The notes beneath the pieces were generated by a model. It had not been told where the DNA came from. It saw nothing but the letters and a program-made list of their open reading frames with translations, and did no database searches. Positions 8,756 through 16,894 of a stretch of 52,046 bases of DNA are shown here, piece after piece. The position numbers and the translations under genes were made by a program. Origin of the DNA: an uncultured Bacteroidia bacterium. Its GTDB lineage: Bacteria; Bacteroidota; Bacteroidia; Bacteroidales; UBA932. The stretch covers positions 1 to 52,046 of the forward strand of contig CADCQP010000087.1 in NCBI GenBank assembly GCA_902803535.1, given 5' to 3'. The stretch's first letter is position 1. Every line of letters begins with the position of its first letter.

Positions 8756-9895
8756 ATGAAATTCGTGAAGACAGCCCAGGATCCCGCTTCTTCCGCCAGA
8801 TGCGGGGTCATTACCACAGACCATGGTGACATCCGTACTCCGGTTTTCATGCCGGTCGGTACTGTCGGTACTGTAAAGGGCGTCTATCACAGGGACTTGA
8901 AGGATGACATCCAGGCCAGGATCATCCTGGGAAACACCTATCATCTCTACCTTCGTCCCGGCCTCGACATCCTGCGGAAGGCGGGCGGCCTGCACTGTTT
9001 TGAATCATGGGACAGGCCCATACTTACGGACAGCGGCGGCTTCCAGATATTCTCCCTGTCTCCTATCCGGAAACTTACCCCGGAAGGATGCACTTTCGCT
9101 TCCCACATAGACGGCTCAAGGCACATCTTCACCCCCGAAAACAACGTTGACACGCAGCGTGTGATCGGCTCGGACATCATGATGGCCCTAGACGAATGCT
9201 GCCCCGGAGACGCTTCTTTCGAGTATGCGGAAAAGTCCCTGAAGCTCACCCAGTCCTGGCTGGAGCGTTTCTCAAAGCGGTTCGCCGAGACTGAACCCCT
9301 TTACGGATATTCCCAGACAATGTTCCCGATAATCCAGGGCTGCGTGTATCCTGAACTGCGTCGCAGGGCAGTCGAGCATGCCCTCTCCCTGGACTGTCCG
9401 GGACATGGGGGATATGCGGTCGGCGGGCTTGCGGTAGGGGAGCCGGAAGAGAAGATGTACGAGATGCTGGAGCTCCTGGACCCGTTCCTTCCCAAGGAAA
9501 AGCCGCGCTACCTTATGGGGGTGGGGACACCTGTCAACATCCTTGAAGGGATCGCCAGGGGGATAGACATGTTCGACTGCGTAATGCCAACCCGCAATGC
9601 CCGCAACGGCATGCTCTTTACCTGGGATGGCATCATGAACATGCGTAATGCCAAATGGGCCGATGATTTCTCTCCGCTGGATCCAAAAGGCAAGTCATTT
9701 GTTGACAGGACATATTCCAAGGCTTATCTCCGGCACCTGTTCATCGCCGGCGAGATGACTGCCGGAATGATAGCCAGCGAACATAACCTCGCTTTCTACC
9801 TGGACCTGGTCGATCAGGCCGGGAAGCATATCGAGGCAGGGGATTTCCTTTCCTGGAAGAACGAGGCGGTGAAGAAGCTCTCACAAAGATTGTAG
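8756..9895 (+). CDS. tgt: tRNA-guanine(34) transglycosylase
   Basis: Motifs TPVFMPVGT, LGNTYHL, TDSGGFQ, MALDEC, GGLAVGE, PRYLMGVG, DMFDCVMPTRNARNG and HNL. Confidence 0.97.
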   Translation: MKFVKTAQDPASSARCGVITTDHGDIRTPVFMPVGTVGTVKGVYHRDLKDDIQARIILGNTYHLYLRPGLDILRKAGGLHCFESWDRPILTDSGGFQIFSLSPIRKLTPEGCTFASHIDGSRHIFTPENNVDTQRVIGSDIMMALDECCPGDASFEYAEKSLKLTQSWLERFSKRFAETEPLYGYSQTMFPIIQGCVYPELRRRAVEHALSLDCPGHGGYAVGGLAVGEPEEKMYEMLELLDPFLPKEKPRYLMGVGTPVNILEGIARGIDMFDCVMPTRNARNGMLFTWDGIMNMRNAKWADDFSPLDPKGKSFVDRTYSKAYLRHLFIAGEMTAGMIASEHNLAFYLDLVDQAGKHIEAGDFLSWKNEAVKKLSQRL

Positions 9896-9899
9896 CGAA

Positions 9900-10994
9900 A
9901 TGAACCTCAGACCGAAGAAGCTGGACTACTACATATTCCGGAAGTTCATAATGACCTTCCTCATTGCGCTTGTCCTGATAATCGGGATTGTCATCATATT
10001 CGACATCAGTGAGAAGATCGATGACTTCGTCTCCAAGGAGGCTCCGCTGCGGGCGATAGTGTTCGACTACTACGTGAATTTCGTGCCGTATTTCATGAAT
10101 ATGTTCAGCCCGCTGTTCGTATTCATAACCGTCATATTCTTCACATCCAGGATGGCGGCCAATTCGGAAATCATAGCCATCCTTTCCTGCGGGGTTACCT
10201 ATCACAGGATGATGCGTCCTTATTTGTTTACGGCCCTGCTGATCGCCCTGATGTCCCTGGCCCTCGGAAATTTCGTCATACCGAAATCCAACCAGGAGCG
10301 CCTGAAGTTCGAACAGAAGTACATAAAGAACAGGAACCGCTTCAACGAGAGGAACATCCACTACATGATCGCGCCCGGGAAATATGTCTATGTGGAATCA
10401 TTCAGCGGGTGGAACAACACCGCTTACAAGTTCACCCTCGAGCAGATCGACGATTACGAACTGGTCAGCAAACTTTCAGCCGAATCGGCCAGGTGGGACA
10501 GTGTCAAGGCCTGCTGGCAGCTTAAGAATTATTTCATCCGGGATTTCCAGAAAGGCGGGATTGAAGACAAGATACGTTCCGGAGCGCAGTTGGACACTGT
10601 GATAGAGTTGAGTGTCAATGATTTCTACAGGAATGAAAAGACTGTGGAATCTCTTTCATACGGGCAGTTGAACAAGCTTATCGCTACTCAGAAAATGCGT
10701 GGTGACAAGAATGTGATGTACGCCCAGATAGAAAAGGACAACCGCTTCGCCCTGCCTTTCTCGGCTTTCATCCTCACCATCATGGGAGTCTCCCTTTCTT
10801 CACGGAAGAAGAGGGGAGGAACCGGGTGGAACCTTGGGGTAGGCATCGCGCTCAGTTTCTCCTATATCCTTTTCATGCGCTTCAGCCAGATGTTCGTCTA
10901 CACGGGGGCGCTCCCGCCCGGGATAGCCTTGTGGCTGCCGAACATCCTGTACACAATAATAGCCGGTTTCCTGTACTATCGGGCATCCCGGTAA
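9900..10994 (+). CDS. LptF/LptG-family LPS export permease
   Basis: LDYYIFRKF start, three N-terminal TM helices, [10 protein letters not shown], a periplasmic beta-jellyroll region, three C-terminal TM helices and WLPNIL. Confidence 0.9.
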   Translation: MNLRPKKLDYYIFRKFIMTFLIALVLIIGIVIIFDISEKIDDFVSKEAPLRAIVFDYYVNFVPYFMNMFSPLFVFITVIFFTSRMAANSEIIAILSCGVTYHRMMRPYLFTALLIALMSLALGNFVIPKSNQERLKFEQKYIKNRNRFNERNIHYMIAPGKYVYVESFSGWNNTAYKFTLEQIDDYELVSKLSAESARWDSVKACWQLKNYFIRDFQKGGIEDKIRSGAQLDTVIELSVNDFYRNEKTVESLSYGQLNKLIATQKMRGDKNVMYAQIEKDNRFALPFSAFILTIMGVSLSSRKKRGGTGWNLGVGIALSFSYILFMRFSQMFVYTGALPPGIALWLPNILYTIIAGFLYYRASR

Positions 10995-11010
10995 AGAATT
11001 GAATGTCATC

Positions 11011-11445
11011 ATGAAAGTCAAGATCGTAAACAAGTCCAGGAACCCTCTGCCGCAGTATGAGACTGCACAGTCGGCCGGGATGGATGTCCGTGCGGACATC
11101 GAATCTCCAATTGTCCTCAAGCCTCTTGAAAGGGTACTTGTCCACACGGGCCTCTATGTTTCGCTTCCTGCCGGATACGAGCTTCAAGTGCGTCCCAGGA
11201 GCGGTCTTGCCATCAAGCATGGGATTACGGTGCTCAATTCCCCCGGTACTGTTGATGCGGATTACCGCGGCGAACTCATGACTATACTGGTCAACCTTTC
11301 TTCCGAACCATATGAGATCAAGCCGGGCGAGAGGATTGCCCAGTACATAGTGGCAAAGCACGAGCGGGTCGAATGGGAAGAGGTTGAGGTCCTCGACGAG
11401 ACAGAAAGGGGACAGGGCGGATTCGGTTCTACGGGCACAAAGTAG
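11011..11445 (+). CDS. dut: dUTP diphosphatase
   Basis: [26 protein letters not shown] and [10 protein letters not shown] (all five dUTPase motifs). Confidence 0.97.
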   Translation: MKVKIVNKSRNPLPQYETAQSAGMDVRADIESPIVLKPLERVLVHTGLYVSLPAGYELQVRPRSGLAIKHGITVLNSPGTVDADYRGELMTILVNLSSEPYEIKPGERIAQYIVAKHERVEWEEVEVLDETERGQGGFGSTGTK

Positions 11446-11451
11446 AAGCAT

Positions 11452-12819
11452 ATGGAAATAAGCGGTTTATACGAAATATACAAGTCCTGCGGCTATCGCG
11501 TGACTACAGACAGCCGTGCGGTAGCGGGCGGGGAGCTGTTCATCGCCCTCAAGGGCGAAAACTTCGACGGCAATGCATATGCATCAAAGGCCCTGGAACT
11601 CGGTGCGGCCCGTGCAGTGGTGAGCGCCGGCTCCGACGCAGCTGCTTCCGGCGACCCCAGGATTATAGTTGTCGAGGACACATTTGTTGCGTTGAGGGAC
11701 CTTGCAAGGTGGCACCGGGAACATTTCCTGGTGGACGGGAAGCCTCTGAAGGTGATCGGGCTTACCGGAACCAACGGAAAGACCACGACCAAGGAACTCG
11801 TGCGTGAAGTCCTTTCCCGCAGGTACGCAGTGACCGCTACCGAAGGCAACCTGAACAACGATATAGGCGTTCCCCTGTCACTGCTGAAGATAAGGCCCGG
11901 GACCCAGCTCGCCGTCATTGAGATGGGGGCCAGCCACCCCGATGACATCGGCAAACTGACAGATGTGTGCGAGCCCGATTACGGGATCATAACCAATGTC
12001 GGCAAGGCCCATCTGCTCGGATTCGGCAGCCTGGAGGGGGTGAAGAAGGCCAAGGGCATGCTTTACGACTGGCTCGCCGCCCACGGAGGAAAGGCCTTCG
12101 TCAATGTGGATGATGAGAACCTGTCCCGGATGGCAGCCCAGCGTAACGGGATGGAAACCAGGGGATATGGAATTGAATTATGGCATGGGATCGTCCTCCC
12201 CTCAGACCAGTCGCATCCGTATGTCCGCTTTGCCGTTCCAATGAATGCAGGCCTTGTGCCTGAAGAAGGACTGAGCGAAGACCTGCTCGCCTGTGAGACC
12301 CGTCTCGTCGGCTCTTACAACGTGAACAATGCCCTTGCCGCCGTCGCCGTAGGGCTGGAGTTCGGCGTACCGATAGATGAAGCTCTGGATGCGATTTCCA
12401 GGTATGAGCCCAGGAATAACCGTTCCCAGATGGTCCGCACGGGATCCAATGTACTGATCGTGGATGCCTATAATGCCAATCCGACGAGCATGTCGGCCGC
12501 CCTTGACAACTTCGAGATGTCCAGCGCCTCCTCAAAACTGGCCCTGCTCGGGATGATGGGCGAACTCGGAGAAGATTCCCTGGCTGAGCATGCGGCTCTC
12601 GTCCGCAGGCTGGTTTCGGAAGGATTCCCTTCCATCCTTGTTGGGGATGAGTTTCGGAATGCTATTGATAAGGTGGGAGGAAAGGCTTTGGAAATCAAGT
12701 GGTTCCCTGATTCGGCCTCTCTTGCCGGCTATCTGGCTGAAAACCCTGTGAAAGACACTCTGGTGCTTGTCAAGGGGTCCCGGAGCCAGGCGATGGAGAA
12801 GGTGATACCAGTTCTCTGA
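11452..12819 (+). CDS. murF: UDP-N-acetylmuramoyl-tripeptide--D-Ala-D-Ala ligase
   Basis: Motifs TDSR, GENFDG, TGTNGKTTTKE, GNLNNDIGVP, EMGA, DAYNANPTSM, MGELG and LVKGSR. Confidence 0.96.
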   Translation: MEISGLYEIYKSCGYRVTTDSRAVAGGELFIALKGENFDGNAYASKALELGAARAVVSAGSDAAASGDPRIIVVEDTFVALRDLARWHREHFLVDGKPLKVIGLTGTNGKTTTKELVREVLSRRYAVTATEGNLNNDIGVPLSLLKIRPGTQLAVIEMGASHPDDIGKLTDVCEPDYGIITNVGKAHLLGFGSLEGVKKAKGMLYDWLAAHGGKAFVNVDDENLSRMAAQRNGMETRGYGIELWHGIVLPSDQSHPYVRFAVPMNAGLVPEEGLSEDLLACETRLVGSYNVNNALAAVAVGLEFGVPIDEALDAISRYEPRNNRSQMVRTGSNVLIVDAYNANPTSMSAALDNFEMSSASSKLALLGMMGELGEDSLAEHAALVRRLVSEGFPSILVGDEFRNAIDKVGGKALEIKWFPDSASLAGYLAENPVKDTLVLVKGSRSQAMEKVIPVL

Positions 12820-13414
12820 TCCACCTGTCCCAAATGTATTTTTCCAGCGAGACCATGACATATGCTATGGCCAGTCCTGCCATGGCACCGACAAGCACGT
12901 CCCCGAGGAAGTGCTTGCCTACGAAGATGCGGCTTACGGAGACGAGGAAAGCCCATGTGTAGATGCATGGCGAAAAAATACGCAGGAACCTGAGTGCTGC
13001 GACAAACCTGAAAGAAGCGACGCTTCCGAAAGCAACCCCGAAGCAGTTCGCGGCGTGTGCGGAGAAGAATCCGAATTTTCCTCCGCGTCCTTCCAGGATC
13101 CTCAGCCCGTTTCTCAGCATATCATCATCCCAGCATGGCCGGAGCCTTTCCACCATGTGTTTGATGAGGTTTGAAAATTGGTCACAGGCTACTACGATAA
13201 GGGCTATTGAAATGATAGTCGAAACGCCTCTCCTCCATCCCCCTTTGAGGATGAGCAGTACGGCGATGGCAAGATAGAGCGGAGCCCAGACTATGCGCTC
13301 CGACATGAACTGCCATATGCTGTCAGTAAACGGAACGTGGAGGCTGTTGATAAAGAGCGTAGCCGCCCTGTCAGCGTCCACTATCGAGCTCCAGATCCCT
13401 GTCAGTTCGTTCAT
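12770..13414 (-). CDS. PAP2-family membrane phosphatase
   Basis: KHMVERLRP, FFSAHAAN and SRIFVGKHFLGDV match PAP2 motifs C1-C3. Confidence 0.9.
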   Translation of the reverse strand: MNELTGIWSSIVDADRAATLFINSLHVPFTDSIWQFMSERIVWAPLYLAIAVLLILKGGWRRGVSTIISIALIVVACDQFSNLIKHMVERLRPCWDDDMLRNGLRILEGRGGKFGFFSAHAANCFGVAFGSVASFRFVAALRFLRIFSPCIYTWAFLVSVSRIFVGKHFLGDVLVGAMAGLAIAYVMVSLEKYIWDRWIRELVSPSPSPGSGTP

Positions 13415-13426
13415 AGGTTCAAAAAG

Positions 13427-14416
13427 TTAATTGAGTTCTGTCCACAGCAGGTCCATCAGCGGTTGGAGTCCTTCTCCCGAGACAGAGGAAATCATTACGT
13501 GGGGGATGTTCTCAGGAAGCTGCTTTTCAATCCTGGCCTTGGCCTGTTCTGATACGAGATCACATTTTGTAACAGCAATTACCCTCTTCTTGTCAAGCAG
13601 TTCCGGATTGTAGAGTTCCAGCTCTTTGAGCAGAGTCTGATACCCTTTGAGGATGCTTTTTTCTTCCGTTGAGATCATGAACAGCAGGATGGAGTTCCTT
13701 TCTATGTGGCGCAGGAATCTCAGACCTATGCCTTTGCCTTCATGGGCGCCTTCGATGATCCCGGGGATGTCTGCTATGACGAATGATTTGTCGTCACGGT
13801 ATTTGACTATGCCCAGGTTGGGCTCAAGGGTCGTAAACGGATAGTTGGCTATCTTTGGACGGGCCGAAGTGACTGCCGACAACAGGGTGGACTTCCCGGC
13901 ATTCGGGAATCCTACAAGCCCGACGTCTGCCAGCACCTTGAGTTCCAGGATGAACCAGCCTTCCTGCCCATCTTCACCGGGCTGGGCATATCGGGGAGTC
14001 TGGTTGGTTGCGGATTTGAAGTTGTTGTTGCCGAGACCTCCCTTGCCGCCGCGGCACAGGATCCTTTCCTGTCCGTCGTCAACCATTTCGAAGAGGACCT
14101 CGCCGCTTTCAGCATCCTTGACCACTGTCCCGATGGGGACGTCGAGCCATATGTCTTGTCCGTTCTTCCCCTTCTTGAGGTTCTCTCCTCCGGGACCTCC
14201 GTTGTCGGCCCTGGTTATCTTGCGGTATTTCAAGTGGATGAGAGTCCAGAACTGGTGGCTTGCACGGAGGATTATGTGCCCTCCGCGTCCTCCGTCTCCT
14301 CCGTCCGGACCACCTTTCGGGATGTATTTGGCTCTGTGCAGGTGCGCTGATCCCGCGCCTCCGTGTCCGGATGCGCAGAATATCTTCACGTAGTCTATGA
14401 AATTCGATTCGGCCAT
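13427..14416 (-). CDS. obgE: GTPase ObgE/CgtA
   Basis: FIDYVKI, Gly-rich [29 protein letters not shown] and TKCD. Confidence 0.97.
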   Translation of the reverse strand: MAESNFIDYVKIFCASGHGGAGSAHLHRAKYIPKGGPDGGDGGRGGHIILRASHQFWTLIHLKYRKITRADNGGPGGENLKKGKNGQDIWLDVPIGTVVKDAESGEVLFEMVDDGQERILCRGGKGGLGNNNFKSATNQTPRYAQPGEDGQEGWFILELKVLADVGLVGFPNAGKSTLLSAVTSARPKIANYPFTTLEPNLGIVKYRDDKSFVIADIPGIIEGAHEGKGIGLRFLRHIERNSILLFMISTEEKSILKGYQTLLKELELYNPELLDKKRVIAVTKCDLVSEQAKARIEKQLPENIPHVMISSVSGEGLQPLMDLLWTELN

Positions 14417-14434
14417 AGTTTTATCCTTTCACGG

Positions 14435-14442
14435 CAAATATA
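14435..14442 (-). promoter_or_regulatory. Putative -7 promoter element for obgE
   Basis: TATATTTG on the minus strand, about 20 bp upstream of the obgE ATG. Confidence 0.5.
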
Positions 14443-14507
14443 TGGATTATTTTCCTTTAATCCGTCATGCCGCTGCTTTCCAGGACAGGCATCATGACAG
14501 GGCCGGT

Positions 14508-16748
14508 CTATGACAGGAATACCAATTCAAGATGCAGTTTTTGTGTCTTGCGGCTGTCAATGGTCAATGCGAGATGTCCGTTTTCCATATTCCGTTTCAG
14601 CTTTGCCCCCGGACATCTGACTTTATTCAGCTCAAATCCCTTCGGAATCCTGAAATGCTGTGTCATCGGGAAGCCGCCAACCACGTCGATGTCCATTGAA
14701 AGTGTGTTGCCGTTCCATGAGTAATCAGATATCTCTGAAGCCATCATGGTGATATGCCTGTCGCTTCCTATCCATTGCGGGCGGTCCTGCTTCGGATGCA
14801 GCGAGAATACCCTTACTCCATGTGCAGGAACGGATGCCTGTATCATGCCATCTTCGCAACTTCCCGCAGAACCGCTCCAGAATTCATATGTTTCCCATGC
14901 CAGCGAACTGATTCCCAGTTCCTTTGCCGTTGCGGAGACAATGCCGTCTTCATCCCCCCAGTTGAAAAGGGCAACGACATTGTACGCCGGCATCATGGAA
15001 TTCTGTACGCCCAGATTCCAGACAGGCAGCATTTCGAAATACGGATACAGGCTCATGGGCCTGACCCTTGCGGCAGGAAGTGTCTGCTGGAGGATCTTCA
15101 TCTTGTCCATCTTCAAACCGCCAAGCTTGTCTCCGAAGAAAGTCAGCTGCCCGGGCAGGGCGATGACAGTGGCGGAAACCCTGGCTTCTTCTACCGGCAG
15201 GTCCTTTACAAGCAAGGTGTCCGGATCGCATATCATCGTTATATTGTGGGCGAAAGCCTGGTTCAGGAAACAGCGTGCCTGATTCATGACGTTCGGCCAG
15301 ACGACTGGCTTGTTGGGATGCACGATATCTGCTCCGAGGCGGGATGCATCTGCATATGTGGACTCTGGCCCGGTGCTGTGTCCCTGGCATGCCAGCAGGT
15401 AACTGTCTTCTCCGATGCCTTCCCGTATCGCCTTTACGCACAGCTCGAATGGATTTGGACATTCGGGATCATGGAAACATGCACGGATTTCAGGCCTTTC
15501 GTACAGGTGGGCGCAGTAACCTTGATTCCGGCCGGACATCCCGTCAACCTTGAAATATCGGTATCCCCATTCCCGGGCTGCCGTACGGTGTATTTTCGTG
15601 ATATGCTCCCTGGCCTCTGGAACAGTGGGGTCAAGGGTGTAACGTCCGTTCCAGCAGGAGATAGCCTTGCCGTCCTTGTCGTGGAGGAACCAATCCCTGT
15701 GCTCATTGTAGAATTCAGGGTTGCCGGTCCCGAACGGAGCTGTCCATATGCCCGGGATGAACCCCAGATCCCTGATGTCATCCGCCAGCTTTTTCATCCC
15801 TTCGGGGAACTGTTTCCCGTTGACTTCGAGATTCATGTTGTAGAATCCGGAAACTGGGAGTTTGTCTGAATTGCCCTGCCACGACTCGATGTGCCAGATG
15901 TCGCAACCGAAAGGTTGCAGATATTTCCTGCCTATCCGGGCCTCTGCCAGGTTGTCTTCCGCCGTGGCAGTGTCAAAATATGTGTTCCACGACATCCAGC
16001 CCGTAGGAACCTTATGTTCCGGCTTCGTGGAAATCGCCTTGTAATATGGCATATACCTTCTCTTGAACCAGTCATTGGTCCAAGTGATGGCAAATATGGA
16101 TTCAGCCGACGAATCTATGCGTCCTGACATCTTGATGCTGAATAATCCGCCATCTTCGCTTGACAGGTCTAGGTCAGATGCGGAAAATGCGACGAGAATG
16201 TCTTCTTCCGGAGCGAAAATACTGTCATTATGCTTGTTGTCAACGACTCCAGCCGAGAGGTTGAGGACACGTTCTCCATTTGCAGGGTGCGTTCTGCAGG
16301 CGAATGCCTCCTTTTTGCACCTGACCTTCCCTTCAAGTGAGAACAATCCAGGGTAGTTCTGGGCCGAGCGGTGGTAGAACAGGATTTCAAGCCTCCCGCC
16401 TGCTGTGTTCAAGACCCAGTATCCCTGTACGTTACCTTTCGGATCCACAAGTGAATACCTGTCCCGGACGCCGTCTCTCGATTCCGCCAGGGTCCAGGAT
16501 GCTTCATTCGAGATGAACGACAGATGAGCATCGATTTCGACGGAAGGAGCGCTGAGGTGCAGCATCGACTCCTTTTCATCGAAAGCATAGCTCCAATCCC
16601 CGGCAGGATTTCCTTGCCTTTCTCCTGTTATTGCGAGGGTATTGTGTCCCTTTGTCTCTGGGGATGAGAAAGCATGCATTAATCCGGATGAAGAGACGGC
16701 GACGGTTCCGAGAGTGACGCCTTTGATGAATTTTCTTCTTGTGGTCAT
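14508..16748 (-). CDS. GH36/GH27-clan (alpha-galactosidase-like) glycoside hydrolase with a Tat-type signal
   Basis: N-terminal TRRKFIK. Motifs PTGWMSWN, FPEGMKKLAD, GIWTAPF, LDPT, YFKVDG (nucleophile), SRLGAD (acid/base) and DPD. Confidence 0.82.
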   Translation of the reverse strand: MTTRRKFIKGVTLGTVAVSSSGLMHAFSSPETKGHNTLAITGERQGNPAGDWSYAFDEKESMLHLSAPSVEIDAHLSFISNEASWTLAESRDGVRDRYSLVDPKGNVQGYWVLNTAGGRLEILFYHRSAQNYPGLFSLEGKVRCKKEAFACRTHPANGERVLNLSAGVVDNKHNDSIFAPEEDILVAFSASDLDLSSEDGGLFSIKMSGRIDSSAESIFAITWTNDWFKRRYMPYYKAISTKPEHKVPTGWMSWNTYFDTATAEDNLAEARIGRKYLQPFGCDIWHIESWQGNSDKLPVSGFYNMNLEVNGKQFPEGMKKLADDIRDLGFIPGIWTAPFGTGNPEFYNEHRDWFLHDKDGKAISCWNGRYTLDPTVPEAREHITKIHRTAAREWGYRYFKVDGMSGRNQGYCAHLYERPEIRACFHDPECPNPFELCVKAIREGIGEDSYLLACQGHSTGPESTYADASRLGADIVHPNKPVVWPNVMNQARCFLNQAFAHNITMICDPDTLLVKDLPVEEARVSATVIALPGQLTFFGDKLGGLKMDKMKILQQTLPAARVRPMSLYPYFEMLPVWNLGVQNSMMPAYNVVALFNWGDEDGIVSATAKELGISSLAWETYEFWSGSAGSCEDGMIQASVPAHGVRVFSLHPKQDRPQWIGSDRHITMMASEISDYSWNGNTLSMDIDVVGGFPMTQHFRIPKGFELNKVRCPGAKLKRNMENGHLALTIDSRKTQKLHLELVFLS

Positions 16749-16786
16749 GATGGGATACTCACTGGGAATAGTTGTTGTCTGCTTTT

Positions 16787-16871
16787 CAAAGGTAGTAAAT
16801 CGAAATCAATTCACAACGCTCTGGGTTAATCATTTTGCTGCTTTCACTCTGCCCGGGATTTATTATATTTG
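16787..16871. promoter_or_regulatory. Divergent -7 elements for the GH36-like gene and the S9 peptidase
   Basis: TACCTTTG on the minus strand at 16787-16794 and TATATTTG on the plus strand at 16864-16871. Confidence 0.55.
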
Positions 16872-16894
16872 TATTTCAGAGAAAAAGAAGTCAT

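Noticed and set aside
8680-8850. Long N-terminal extension of the permease in the ORF track
   Set aside because: It overlaps tgt and the promoter elements; the true start is most likely 8679. Several other track starts (6738, 6906, 16835, 24326, 27981, 30385, 34192, 35928) were trimmed because they overlap neighbouring genes or promoter elements, or precede the family-like N-terminus.
14464-14498. GTCATG..CATGAC imperfect hairpin after the GH36-like gene
   Set aside because: The stem is bulged and weak with no U-tract, so a terminator call is not supported.
14754-15869. 371-aa plus-strand ORF
   Set aside because: It is antisense to the GH36-like gene and has no recognisable motifs. Long shadow ORFs are expected with this GC3-rich codon usage.
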